A stretch of DNA of 64,000 nucleotides from Candidatus Altimarinota bacterium (GCA_965231215.1 OZ246423.1:512001-576000), one strand, 5' to 3'. Shown: positions 28,640 to 38,435, counted from the stretch's first letter. Made by a program: numbers and translations. The notes: generated from the letters alone by a model not told the origin.

Positions 28640-29767
28640 CTAAAAATTAACAATATTTTCCCAGCTCAAATCCAGATCTTCTCGCCCAAAATGACCATAA
28701 GCGGCTGTAGGCGCATATATAGGTTTTTTAAGATTAAGATATTCAATAAGGGCTTTAGGCTGAAGTGGAAATTTTTCTCGAACCAGTTTTTCCAAATCAG
28801 TTGAAGTTTTCGTGCCCGTCCCAAAAGTCTCTACCATCACCGAAACTGGATCAGCTACTCCGATGGCATAAGCAATCTGGACTTCGCATTTTTCGGCGAG
28901 GTCGTTGGCCACGATATTTTTAGCAATGTGTCGAGCCATATAAGCGCCTGATCTATCTACTTTAGAAGGATCTTTCCCAGAAAAACAACCGCCTCCATGG
29001 CGTCCCATACCTCCGTAAGTATCTACAATAATTTTCCGTCCCGTGAGTCCACAATCTCCTTGCGGTCCCCCAATTACAAATTTCCCAGTAGGATTAATAT
29101 GAAATTTAGTATCCCCCTCAATCCATTTTCCCAAAACAGGCTCAATTACTTTCGCTTTTAAATCTGATTTTATCTGGTCTTGTGAGATCTCAGGCGCATG
29201 TTGAGCTGACATCACAACCGTATCGACTCTCACCGGTTTTCCCTCTTGATAAACGACAGAAACCTGAGCCTTTCCATCTGGACGCAAATAGTCAATGTCC
29301 CCTAATTTTCGCACTTCAGTCAGTTTCCGAGTCAGCTTATGAGCTAGAGAAATTGGCAGGGGCATAAGTTCAGGCGTTTCTTTGGTCGCAAACCCAAACA
29401 TCATCCCTTGATCTCCCGCCCCCTGTGCGCGATCTTTATCTTCATCAACGCCTTGGGCAATATCAGGAGATTGTTCATCAATGGCACTAAGCACCGCACA
29501 AGATCGCCCATCAAAACACATATCGCCATGATCGTATCCGATCTCAATAATGCGATCTCGGGCAATTTTTTGAATATCAATATAATCCGCATGGGAGGAA
29601 ATTTCTCCAGAAACTACCACTAACCCTGTATTAACTAACACTTCACAAGCCACTCTCGAGTTTGGGTCTTTGGCTAAAAAAGCATCCAAAACCGAATCTG
29701 AAATTTGGTCTGCAATTTTATCTGGGTGTCCTTCGGTTACTGACTCTGATGTAAAAATTATTTTCAT
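28640..29767 (-). CDS. metK: S-adenosylmethionine synthetase
   Basis: [28 protein letters not shown]. Confidence 0.98.
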   Translation of the reverse strand: MKIIFTSESVTEGHPDKIADQISDSVLDAFLAKDPNSRVACEVLVNTGLVVVSGEISSHADYIDIQKIARDRIIEIGYDHGDMCFDGRSCAVLSAIDEQSPDIAQGVDEDKDRAQGAGDQGMMFGFATKETPELMPLPISLAHKLTRKLTEVRKLGDIDYLRPDGKAQVSVVYQEGKPVRVDTVVMSAQHAPEISQDQIKSDLKAKVIEPVLGKWIEGDTKFHINPTGKFVIGGPQGDCGLTGRKIIVDTYGGMGRHGGGCFSGKDPSKVDRSGAYMARHIAKNIVANDLAEKCEVQIAYAIGVADPVSVMVETFGTGTKTSTDLEKLVREKFPLQPKALIEYLNLKKPIYAPTAAYGHFGREDLDLSWENIVNF

Positions 29768-29910
29768 GTTGTTTCTTGCTTGTCATGGCGAACGGTGAAA
29801 AAATTTTAAAGCCTAAGTGTGCACTCTAATTTGATTTAGATCGCTTCGGGCAAGGCTGTTAATAGTTTCAATCTCTCAATGACATAAATTAAAAAATAAA
29901 AGAAGTAAGG

Positions 29911-30018
29911 CGGTACTTCCCTTTTACCGTTATCATCCTGAATGGGTGGAGCACCTTTCCCCAAAGGGGCGGTTGCTGACGGATCAAAGAGCCATACCTC
30001 TTACCGTCTCTTGATAAA
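29911..30018 (-). promoter_or_regulatory. SAM riboswitch (SAM-I clan) upstream of metK
   Basis: Minus strand TTATCAAGAG...TGGCTC..TGA...CAGCAACC...AAGGTGCT...GATGATAA, then hairpin CGGTA..TACCG. Confidence 0.85.
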
Positions 30019-30081
30019 AACGAAGCCCTAGGATGATAATTTTTAATTGTGACAAAGCAAATTTTTCAGAATAATAGACTC

Positions 30082-30630
30082 ATGAACCATCCCATAGATT
30101 GGTCTCGTTTTCATAAAGATTTTCCTGTGACCTTTGTCATTTTGGTTATTATTTTCGGCCTTTTTGGTGCCTATCATTTAGGCTTAATCCAGCCACAACT
30201 AGCCTTCCCTGGAGTTATAGATTACACCACTTGGAGTGCGCATTTTTTTCATTCAAAAATATGGCATATTGTTTCTAATTTGATCATCCTCATTTTTATG
30301 GGAATTCTTTTGGAAAGACATTTAGGACCAAAGTTATATGCTTTAACCATTTTTCTAATCTGGAATATTTTAGTCTTTCTCATGTTCTGGATTTCTACAG
30401 ATCCAGTGTATGGATTTTCTGGAATCGGCCTTGGATTACTTGCCTATGGTACAATTTATTTGAGACATGATCCGCATGGATATCAATTACTTCTGCCCCT
30501 TTTAATTGTAAATATAGCCTTTGGACTTTTTCCCGGGGTTTCCTTTTGGGGACACTTACTAGGTGCCGTTGCAGGGTTTTTAACTTATGGAGTTGAAAAA
30601 CTCATTTTTGGGCCATATTTGCGATATTAA
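30082..30630 (+). CDS. Rhomboid intramembrane serine protease
   Basis: H...HIVSN, GFSG, GHLLGAVAG; start uncertain (30049 or 30082). Confidence 0.9.
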   Translation: MNHPIDWSRFHKDFPVTFVILVIIFGLFGAYHLGLIQPQLAFPGVIDYTTWSAHFFHSKIWHIVSNLIILIFMGILLERHLGPKLYALTIFLIWNILVFLMFWISTDPVYGFSGIGLGLLAYGTIYLRHDPHGYQLLLPLLIVNIAFGLFPGVSFWGHLLGAVAGFLTYGVEKLIFGPYLRY

Positions 30631-31664
30631 CGCTTAAATTTAGTCTGAACATAGAAACACAATAGAACCGCAAAAGGAAGTATAATTCCACCCCAGCTAA
30701 GCCAAGGCATAGCCCCCAAAAATTTGAATAAAAAGTAATAGATCTCAAACCCGAACAATATATTAAACGGCAATACTATTCCCACCGAAAGAGCTACACT
30801 GGTAGCGATGGCTTTTTGAGCGGCTTTAGTTTTTATAATCGAAGAACTTTTAAAGATTTCCTCCATACAAATAGGAACTAAAACATAAGAAGCCGAGGCT
30901 AACAATATTGCAAATACAAAAGCCTCTGAGGCTGAATACCCCAATAAAAATGCCACAGAAGTGCCCCACACGCCTCCTAAAAAAGCCATTCCCACTCCCG
31001 TCCACAGTAACGATCCAATCGAAACTTGAGTTTTTTTAAGGCTTGAAGCAGCCTTACGTCCCATCTCAAATAAAAAGTAAATCAAAACAGGGGTAAAGAT
31101 CACTTTAAAAAATACGTCATACCAGAAATATGTATTGAGATCAGAAAATAAAATTCCCAAAAAAATAGCGGTCACTAAGGTTAAAAATGAGGTGTCTTTT
31201 CCTAAGGCTTTAAAAAGATTTATAAGTGGAATTTTCAACATTAAAACTCCGACAAAAATAGCCGGTAGCTCCATCAACGCCAGCCATACCACAACACTAT
31301 CAGATGCCTGATACCCCAAAGAATCAAGAAAGGCTAAACCAGCCACAAACGTCCCCACACTCACAGATCCAAAGTGAGTTGCGATAGAAACTCTTACAAC
31401 CTCAGAAAAAGAAGTGGTATAACGAAGCAATCCCAGCACTATAAAAGTCCATAAAATAGAAAAAAATACCGCTATCGATCCAGTAAAAGTAATCTCTGTC
31501 AGAGGCTCCGTAACGAGGGCTGCACCACCGCCAAACCCAATCTTAAAAAGCAGATAAAAAACAACGCCCTTATATATTAAATTTCTTAAATTTTGAGGCC
31601 GGCCTTTAATAAAAGGTTCCAAAAAATATTGAACCCCACCTCCAAACAAGAAAGCTCCAATCAT
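30627..31664 (-). CDS. SbtA-family (Na+/bicarbonate) transporter-like protein
   Basis: LLFKIGFGGG, HFGSVSVGTF, LMELPAI, FLFEMG, ASASY. Confidence 0.8.
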   Translation of the reverse strand: MIGAFLFGGGVQYFLEPFIKGRPQNLRNLIYKGVVFYLLFKIGFGGGAALVTEPLTEITFTGSIAVFFSILWTFIVLGLLRYTTSFSEVVRVSIATHFGSVSVGTFVAGLAFLDSLGYQASDSVVVWLALMELPAIFVGVLMLKIPLINLFKALGKDTSFLTLVTAIFLGILFSDLNTYFWYDVFFKVIFTPVLIYFLFEMGRKAASSLKKTQVSIGSLLWTGVGMAFLGGVWGTSVAFLLGYSASEAFVFAILLASASYVLVPICMEEIFKSSSIIKTKAAQKAIATSVALSVGIVLPFNILFGFEIYYFLFKFLGAMPWLSWGGIILPFAVLLCFYVQTKFKR

Positions 31665-31808
31665 TGCCGCAACACCCCAACTTATTTTTTATTAAATTTA
31701 ATAGATTTTTTTGATTATAAAGTTTTTGGGAAAAAGAGGAAATTCCAAGCCAAAACGCTGGAATTAAAACGCTTAAAGTGTTATAATAAAAAGATTATTG
31801 AGATAGTA

Positions 31809-32015
31809 ATGAACCAAAATAAAATAAAATTACTCACCATAAGCGCTCTGATTACCACAGGGCTGTGTGTAAGTTTTAACCTCGCTTACCCAATTTTATG
31901 GAAAAGTAACGAAAGTACAGGAAAAATAAAACCACCAAAACAAGCTCCCAAAGATTTAGAAATAGAGGAAAACAAAAACGACCTAGGAAAAGCTCGAAAA
32001 TCTTACGCTAGTTAA
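31809..32015 (+). CDS. Small membrane-anchored peptide ending SYAS (candidate flavinylation substrate)
   Basis: 68 aa; N-terminal hydrophobic helix, flexible tail; stop 1 nt before the apbE start. Confidence 0.6.
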   Translation: MNQNKIKLLTISALITTGLCVSFNLAYPILWKSNESTGKIKPPKQAPKDLEIEENKNDLGKARKSYAS

Positions 32016-32016
32016 A

Positions 32017-32910
32017 ATGTCAACTATCTTTGAAAAACATTTTCAGGCTTGGAGTTGCACCTTTTCACTCGAATTAATTGAATCAAATTGCGACAGTGAA
32101 CACATCGTGGCCGAAATTAAAGATCATTTAGATACCTATGAAAAAACTTTCTCTCGTTTCAAACCTGAAAGTTTAGTATCCCAGTTAAATAACGGCAAAA
32201 GCATTATTCCGACTCCCCTTTTTGAGAGCGTCCTCTCTGTAGCTACCGATTTAAGTAAAAAGTTGGATAATTCCTGTTTTAACCCTCACATTGATTTAGA
32301 AGCTTATGGATATAGCCAAAGCATAGAAACCCAAAACTTCACCAAAGCAAACCCGAAGTTAAGCCCTCTTCCTAAATTTCCAGAAGGACTAGAAAGGCAG
32401 GGAAACAAACTTCAACTAAAACCTGGAAGTTGCATAGATTTTGGATCTTTTTTGAAAGGATACCTCTCTGAACAAATAGCTGAAAAATATAAAAACTGTG
32501 CCCGAGGGATAATTGTTAATTTTGGGGGAGACATAAGTGTGAGAGGCCGGGATGTGCACAGTAAAAACTTTGACATGGGAATATTCAACCCCATTACTCA
32601 CCAAGACGAAATTATTCTCTTAAACAATCAAAGCTTATCCACCAGCGGAACCTATAAACGAAGATGGCATATTGAAGGCGAAGACCATCACCATATTTTA
32701 GATCCTAAAACCCATACCAGCAGTGAATCAGAGTTTGTTTCCATTTCATTTTGGGGTTCTAATGGCGCCTTGTGTGATGCCTTAGCCACAGCTTCGTTTA
32801 ATACCAATAGTGAAACCTGGGAATCCTGGAAAAACAAATTTAAATCTATTGAATATCTTGCCATTAAGCCCTCAGGAGGGGTTATAAGCTCGGTTCCATT
32901 AACGTCATGA
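32017..32910 (+). CDS. apbE: FAD:protein FMN transferase ApbE (no signal peptide seen)
   Basis: FSRFKPES.VS.LN, DFGSFLKGY, NFGGD, STSG.Y.R, HHILDP, DALATA. Confidence 0.92.
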   Translation: MSTIFEKHFQAWSCTFSLELIESNCDSEHIVAEIKDHLDTYEKTFSRFKPESLVSQLNNGKSIIPTPLFESVLSVATDLSKKLDNSCFNPHIDLEAYGYSQSIETQNFTKANPKLSPLPKFPEGLERQGNKLQLKPGSCIDFGSFLKGYLSEQIAEKYKNCARGIIVNFGGDISVRGRDVHSKNFDMGIFNPITHQDEIILLNNQSLSTSGTYKRRWHIEGEDHHHILDPKTHTSSESEFVSISFWGSNGALCDALATASFNTNSETWESWKNKFKSIEYLAIKPSGGVISSVPLTS

Positions 32911-34082
32911 AAATACTAGCGCTAGCGGCTACCAACAACAAAAAATCAATTAATAAAAAATTGTTAAAGTATGCCGTAAGCCTCTTTACGGGAAAACATG
33001 AAATAAAAATAATAGACTTAAATGACTATGAAATGCCCCTATTTTCACCAGAAAGAGCTAGCAAAGAACTCCCAAAACCGGCTCAAAAATTTGCTGAACT
33101 CACCCAGTGGGCAGACTTTGTCATGATAAGCTTTGCCGAATACAACGGATCATATACTCCGGTATTTAAAAATCTTTTAGACTGGGCCTCCATCACCAAG
33201 CAAGAATACTGGGGAGGAAAAGATTTATTTTTGATGGCTACATCCCCGGGGGGCCGCGGGGCTCAAAATGTACTGAATGAAGCCAAAGATTTCTTTCCTT
33301 TTATGGGCGCTAATATTGTTGGAACTTTTTCACTCCCTCAATTTGAACAGTTTTTCCAAAATGAGCATATCACCAATGAGAAATTTGATATTCAATTAAA
33401 ACATCAAATAAGGGCTATTGAAAACCCCGTTCAGCACAAAGCCGATTGGGTTGAAAAGCTATTAGAATCCTTAAATTCTGTATGGATCGTTTTAGGCTAC
33501 GGACTATTCTTGTTTATCTCTATTAATGGTCTTCTAGGGGGTCGGTGGTTTGAAATCTCCAGCCATAATATCTTTTGGATCATAGCGATGTTTGCGGCTA
33601 CTTTTACTCTGACGATAAGACCTATTTATGACCTTCTACCCAAATCAAAACGGATAGAATCTATGTTAAAATGGCGCAAAGGAATAGGATTAATTTCTAG
33701 TGGAATTGTCGTTGGATTTTGGATTAGTAGAAACATAGATTTAGATAATCCAGCATGGATTATAAACTATTTTTCGTATGCAAAATGGTCCCCTTCACTC
33801 GAAAATATCTTAGAAAGAATCACCGAAATAACTGCTTGGATATTGTTTTTAATTTCCAATAAATGGCTATCGGTTCATCTAAACACTCTTTGGAAACATC
33901 TACAAAAACTGGCTTATGTTTATTTCTTATCGGCCGCACTCTTGCTAACAGCAGTTCATCAAAAGCCGTACGGAGCTATGTGTTTACTTTTCTTTTTTAT
34001 CGTCTACCAACTCTGGATTTATGAACGCCTAAACCGTGATCTAAAAAGCACAAGTGCTAACCGGCATAGTCAAGCAAGTTAA
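32907..34082 (+). CDS. NAD(P)H-dependent FMN reductase fused to an MsrQ/ferric-reductase-like TM domain
   Basis: N-terminal AEYNGSY..FKNLLDW, TSPGGRG; C-terminal IRP..WRKGIG...ISN..W..LQKLAY. Confidence 0.8.
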   Translation: MKILALAATNNKKSINKKLLKYAVSLFTGKHEIKIIDLNDYEMPLFSPERASKELPKPAQKFAELTQWADFVMISFAEYNGSYTPVFKNLLDWASITKQEYWGGKDLFLMATSPGGRGAQNVLNEAKDFFPFMGANIVGTFSLPQFEQFFQNEHITNEKFDIQLKHQIRAIENPVQHKADWVEKLLESLNSVWIVLGYGLFLFISINGLLGGRWFEISSHNIFWIIAMFAATFTLTIRPIYDLLPKSKRIESMLKWRKGIGLISSGIVVGFWISRNIDLDNPAWIINYFSYAKWSPSLENILERITEITAWILFLISNKWLSVHLNTLWKHLQKLAYVYFLSAALLLTAVHQKPYGAMCLLFFFIVYQLWIYERLNRDLKSTSANRHSQAS

Positions 34083-34335
34083 GATTGCTGATTTGTAAAT
34101 AGCCGCAACCTAGAACTTATCACAGAGCAAACCAGAAGAACGCTAAATCCGTTTTTTGAAGGAGCCAGAATATCAATTAAGGCCAAAAGTACTTGTAAAA
34201 AGAGCCTCCTCAGGCCGGGGATGGGAATCTCATTTCCTGATGGTAGTCAGCGCTACAACCTTTTCAGTATTAATCTTGATAAGCTGACCCGTCTGCTTAC
34301 ATTAAAAGCCACAAATTTTATAACCCTTAACGCAC

Positions 34336-34968
34336 ATGTACACGCTCTACACTATTCCCGGATCATGCTCTACTGGTATTGCCGTATTGATGGAAAAACT
34401 AAAAGTAGAATACACTTCAATTAAAAGAAAAGATGTTGAAAATTATGCAACAATTGTGCCAACAAATCAAGTGCCTGCACTAAAAACCGAAGCAGGAAAG
34501 ATCATTACTGAAGGCGGAGCAATAGCGCTTTACCTCCTTGAAAAACACGGTCAGAACTTTTTACCTTCTGATTCTGATCAACGCGCAGATTTTTATCAAT
34601 GGCTCAATTTTGCCTATGCCACCATTCACCCTAGCTATTCTAAAATTTTTGCAATCAAGTCCCAGGAATCAATCGATGAAGCTACCAAACAAAAAATAAT
34701 GCAAAACCTAGCCGACAAGTTGTCTGGGGTTTGGAAAATAGTAGATCAGCATTTAGAAGATCGAACCTTTGTTTTAGGGGAAGAACCTTCACATATTGAT
34801 TACATGATGACCATTTATACAAGCTGGAATAATTACTTCCCTGGCACTAAGGTTTCACTAGGCCAAAACATTAATCGCTTAGTAGAAAATGTGACCGCTC
34901 TTCCTGAGTTTAAAGCCGGATATGAAGCCGAAGGGGCCGAATTCAAACCTGCGCCTTCTTCCTCATAA
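34336..34968 (+). CDS. Glutathione S-transferase family protein
   Basis: LYTIPGSCS, QVPAL, ITEGGAIALYL. Confidence 0.9.
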   Translation: MYTLYTIPGSCSTGIAVLMEKLKVEYTSIKRKDVENYATIVPTNQVPALKTEAGKIITEGGAIALYLLEKHGQNFLPSDSDQRADFYQWLNFAYATIHPSYSKIFAIKSQESIDEATKQKIMQNLADKLSGVWKIVDQHLEDRTFVLGEEPSHIDYMMTIYTSWNNYFPGTKVSLGQNINRLVENVTALPEFKAGYEAEGAEFKPAPSSS

Positions 34969-35059
34969 AGACGGCCTCACCAAAATAGAGCCTAAATTCA
35001 GGGTTTTAGGCAAATACTAAAATTTCCATAATTAAAAGAATCAATATACTCTTTAGTAA

Positions 35060-35254
35060 ATGAAAAAAATATTAATGGCACTCGGGGTTATTATCGGGAT
35101 CTTTGTGGCGATAGCTATTGCCGGATATATAAAATTTGGCCTCTTGGCTGATGACATTTATGTAACAGATCAAAACGGAGAAGTCGTTAATTACAATGAA
35201 CTACAAAAAAAAATAGAAGCTGGCCAGCACCCGGCAGAATGGCCTGTTGAATAG
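35060..35254 (+). CDS. Small hypothetical membrane protein
   Basis: MKK plus a TM helix; TATACT upstream. Confidence 0.6.
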   Translation: MKKILMALGVIIGIFVAIAIAGYIKFGLLADDIYVTDQNGEVVNYNELQKKIEAGQHPAEWPVE

Positions 35255-35370
35255 GGCTTCTTGGTATCTATTTATTTGGAGGGGCTTGTGTGGCAGGACT
35301 GCCTGGCCTTTGTTCGAAAGTTTTATCAAGAAGCTAATAATAGCTTTTTGATTAAGCTCATACGCACTAT

Positions 35371-35883
35371 TTAGCGCCAGGCAATTGACGCTTTAGTGTC
35401 TGGGTTCGTAAGCTCCCCTTTCGAAAGATCTACTGACTCTAAACAGAGAGCCTTGATTTCTTCTTCTGCATCATCAATAAATCCACCTTGATCATCTATA
35501 ATCCCATAATCAATTAGAATTTGCTCATACCCAGCCCAGCTATCACGATCATTTTCAAGGTCTAGCGTTGCTGCTAGAACAAAGATTGCATCAGCTACGC
35601 CTGGGCGCGCCGCTTTCTCAAGCATGTAAACAAATCTCCCGCGGACCGAATCTTGCAAAACAATCTCTGTCGCCCTTTTTGCGGCATCAGCTTCTTTAAT
35701 GGCTTCAGCTGCTGCAGCCTCTACAATTTCTCGCGCACCATCAACTCCAAACATAATCGCTTCAGCATCTTCTTTTACTAGCACATCAGGCTGTGTGCAA
35801 AGCTGCTGCAAGGCTACTACCTGCCCTTTAGTCATTGATGTAGCAACAAAGCACAATAGGGCTTTATTAACTCCTGCATCCAT
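35371..35883 (-). CDS. Hypothetical protein (island cargo)
   Basis: 170-aa Ala/acidic-rich ORF, no family recognised. Confidence 0.55.
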   Translation of the reverse strand: MDAGVNKALLCFVATSMTKGQVVALQQLCTQPDVLVKEDAEAIMFGVDGAREIVEAAAAEAIKEADAAKRATEIVLQDSVRGRFVYMLEKAARPGVADAIFVLAATLDLENDRDSWAGYEQILIDYGIIDDQGGFIDDAEEEIKALCLESVDLSKGELTNPDTKASIAWR

Positions 35884-35927
35884 TAATGTTTTAAGAGTAG
35901 GAATATCTAACTCACCTTTTTCAGCGC

Positions 35928-36350
35928 CTAGCTTTTTTGAATTTCAAATTTAATAACTTTCGCGGCTTCGATGGCCTCAGCTGTCTGTTCTTCATTAGCC
36001 ACCTGATATACCTCTAAAATTTTTGATAAAGCCTCTCTATATTGTGCAATATCGTCAGCAAAAACTGCCTGTAGACTATCTTCTTCAACCTCTCTCTCAA
36101 ATAAATCAAGGAGCTCAAGCAACAGTCGGATAAGCTCTCCCAACTTTTCTTTATCTTTTCCCATAGAAAAAACCTTAGCACTTCCGTCCATCAATCCTGC
36201 ACTTGGCCGTCCGTATTCAAACTGAATGCGACACCCCGCGGCTTTAAAACGAAGTTGCAAGGCCATAAAGTCTTCAAATAAATCATCCGAAACCTCAACA
36301 GCTAAGCCATTAACGTCCAAACTTTTACGAATTGAATCATATTTTGACAT
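35928..36350 (-). CDS. Hypothetical protein (island cargo)
   Basis: 140-aa ORF co-oriented with the previous gene. Confidence 0.55.
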   Translation of the reverse strand: MSKYDSIRKSLDVNGLAVEVSDDLFEDFMALQLRFKAAGCRIQFEYGRPSAGLMDGSAKVFSMGKDKEKLGELIRLLLELLDLFEREVEEDSLQAVFADDIAQYREALSKILEVYQVANEEQTAEAIEAAKVIKFEIQKS

Positions 36351-36413
36351 ATTTAAAATATATTTATTATTCAGAATTTGGGATATAAAGCCAGACGCAC
36401 CAAAAGATGGAAT

Positions 36414-36508
36414 AAAGAGTCGAACCGCTCAATTGTCCCCTGTAGTACGGCTTAAAGGGGACTTAAAAAGTGCTAAATGCAACGTGGCAGGCGCTGAAGG
36501 AATCGAAC
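36414..36508 (+). mobile_element. Recombinase C-terminal relic plus att site (tRNA-Trp 3' duplicate), copy 1
   Basis: 36485-36508 is identical over 24 bp to 38617-38640; the preceding ~65 bp is homologous to 38353-38416. Confidence 0.75.
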
Positions 36509-36585
36509 TTTATTTCTTAATTTAAAATTCGCTTAAAAATATTGTAAGCCAATCAGTTGAGTATTGGTTTTTAAATTAATACACT

Positions 36586-36894
36586 CTATTTCATCTGGGT
36601 CCCCAGCTTCAATAGGGCAGGTTTAAGCTCAAGCGCCGTCTTTCCCAGCCTTGTTAAAGTGTATTCCACCCTTGGAGGAACCTGCTGGTAATCCTTTCGC
36701 GTAATAAGTTCGTATTTTTGCAATAAGCGCAGTTTTTCTATCAGTATTTTTTCGGAAACATCAGGGATACGCTTTTTAATTTCACCATAACGCCTCGTTT
36801 TTTCTAGTTGCAAAAGAATCAGGAACGTCCATTTACTACCTAGAACTTTAAAAGCCTTACGAATCGGACAGCCACTAACATCAAATGATTTCAT
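36586..36894 (-). CDS. HxlR-family transcriptional regulator
   Basis: CPI...LGSKW, RYGEIK, YQQVPPRVEYTLT.LG. Confidence 0.92.
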   Translation of the reverse strand: MKSFDVSGCPIRKAFKVLGSKWTFLILLQLEKTRRYGEIKKRIPDVSEKILIEKLRLLQKYELITRKDYQQVPPRVEYTLTRLGKTALELKPALLKLGTQMK

Positions 36895-36909
36895 TTGAAA
36901 ATAAAATTA

Positions 36910-36959
36910 TACTTACAAAAAAGTAGGTACTTGACCATAAGTTAGCTTTGCAATACACT
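36910..36959 (+). promoter_or_regulatory. HxlR-type operator palindrome and adjacent sigma70 promoter
   Basis: TACTTAC-N6-GTAGGTA, then TTGACC-N17-TACACT. Confidence 0.7.
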
Positions 36960-36990
36960 TTCGTCAAATCTATTTTTTTCTAAGAAAATC

Positions 36991-37668
36991 ATGAACAACC
37001 ACCTACCAAAAAGTAAAATCAGGCTATGCCTTGTCACCTTCGCTATCATAGTGGGAATAGTTGGGATTCTTCATGGGAGCGCTGAATTACTGAAGGGATC
37101 CGCTTTGATAGAGAGTCACTCAGTAGAGGCACTACCAGAAAACTGGCCTAATCCTGGATTTTATAGCATGACGAAGGGAAGCCCTGTTTTTTCGGTGCTG
37201 ACAAATATTCCTCATTATGTGCTCGGTCTTTTGGCTATTTCAGTTTCTATTGCTTTAATTGCTTTCGCCGCGACTTTGATGAGAAGATCCAAATTAGGAA
37301 CCAGCTTGTTACTTTTTGCTTTGTTGAGTATCGGGATATTTTTATTTGGGGCCGGTAGAGGCACGCCGGTAGCCATAAGCCTTCCAATAATAATTGTGGG
37401 ACTCCTGTCTATCATGAAAAAAACCAAAAAAGAACGAAGCGAAACCGGTAAAAAAATGATCTTGTCTGCTTTTAATTTTTTCTATGGATTACATATTTTT
37501 AGCTGGGTTTTATTTTTCCCTATTTTGTTTGTGTTTAGTTTTTATGCTGAAATATCACAACCGTTATTCTTATTCGCGTTTCTCAGCATGCCTGTGGCAA
37601 ATTTAGGGGCGTTAATATTTGGGTTTATGTATGACAAAACAATACATCATGAAATTAAATCTATTTAA
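36991..37668 (+). CDS. Hypothetical polytopic membrane protein
   Basis: About six hydrophobic segments; divergent from hxlR. Confidence 0.7.
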   Translation: MNNHLPKSKIRLCLVTFAIIVGIVGILHGSAELLKGSALIESHSVEALPENWPNPGFYSMTKGSPVFSVLTNIPHYVLGLLAISVSIALIAFAATLMRRSKLGTSLLLFALLSIGIFLFGAGRGTPVAISLPIIIVGLLSIMKKTKKERSETGKKMILSAFNFFYGLHIFSWVLFFPILFVFSFYAEISQPLFLFAFLSMPVANLGALIFGFMYDKTIHHEIKSI

Positions 37669-38092
37669 AAATTCTTTAATTCCCGCCTGGGTCAATGTCT
37701 TGTTGGTGGTGCTGATAGTGTTTATGGTGGTACAAGGATACGCGTTCTACCTTGATCCTCAATTTCTTGTTGATGCCGGAATAACCACTGACGGGGCACC
37801 AAATCTTAATATTATCTACACCACCGCCGGAAGACTAATGGCTATGGCAGCGGCGTTTATTTTTGTTCTCTACACACAAAACCCGCAGCAGTATTTAGTG
37901 GTACTGCTGCTAAGCATATTTAAAGATACACAGCAAGCGTTTATTGACCCGTTGTTTCCTTATGCCAACGCTGCCTCAGCAGAAGTTGATTTTGGAATGC
38001 ATTTTGCAATCGTTGTTTTGGAGATTTGGGCTTTTATAGTGGTGTATAGAGTGGCAAAACAGAAGGGTCAAAAAACCTTGTACAGTCTATGA
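37649..38092 (+). CDS. Hypothetical four-TM membrane protein
   Basis: Four hydrophobic segments; overlaps the upstream gene. Confidence 0.7.
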   Translation: MKLNLFKNSLIPAWVNVLLVVLIVFMVVQGYAFYLDPQFLVDAGITTDGAPNLNIIYTTAGRLMAMAAAFIFVLYTQNPQQYLVVLLLSIFKDTQQAFIDPLFPYANAASAEVDFGMHFAIVVLEIWAFIVVYRVAKQKGQKTLYSL

Positions 38093-38435
38093 AGCTATCC
38101 ACTAAAGACCCTGAGCTTTTTAAAGGCTTTCAAACAGAGTACAAAGAAGTTAATAGAAAGATAAAAATTAGAGAGTCTCAAAGAGATGAAAAAAGGTTAA
38201 CAGAAGACGATATTATAAGGGTTACTGAAAAAACCCTGTATTTTGTCGAACACCTGGACGAATTGGTCTTCAGTACTACCAGCAGCAGAGAAATAGCACA
38301 CTTTTGGGAGCTCATTTTTGAAGAGACCCCAACACTCGAACAACTCAAAATTCGAACCGCCCAATTACCGCCTGTGGTAAGGCTTAAGGGGGAACTTAAA
38401 AGTTCAAAATGCAATGTGGCAGGCGCTGAAGGAAT
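38089..38435 (+). pseudogene. Probable C-terminal remnant of a large serine recombinase reading into att copy 2
   Basis: Coiled coil then EHLDEL...LIFEETPT..RTAQL, running into TGGCAGGCGCTGAAGGAAT (38417-38435); no catalytic domain; family call from memory. Confidence 0.55.

Noticed and set aside
29868-29885. Leader peptide between the SAM riboswitch and metK
   Set aside because: Only five codons (MSLRD) with no supporting signal.
34215-34258. Fluoride riboswitch-like GGGGATGG...CTGATG...CTAC upstream of the GST gene
   Set aside because: Pseudoknot complement and spacing do not fit, and the downstream gene is not a typical fluoride gene.
36226-36525. 99-aa ORF as a real gene
   Set aside because: Its N-terminal part is antisense to 35928-36350; only the last ~30 codons are a recombinase-tail relic.
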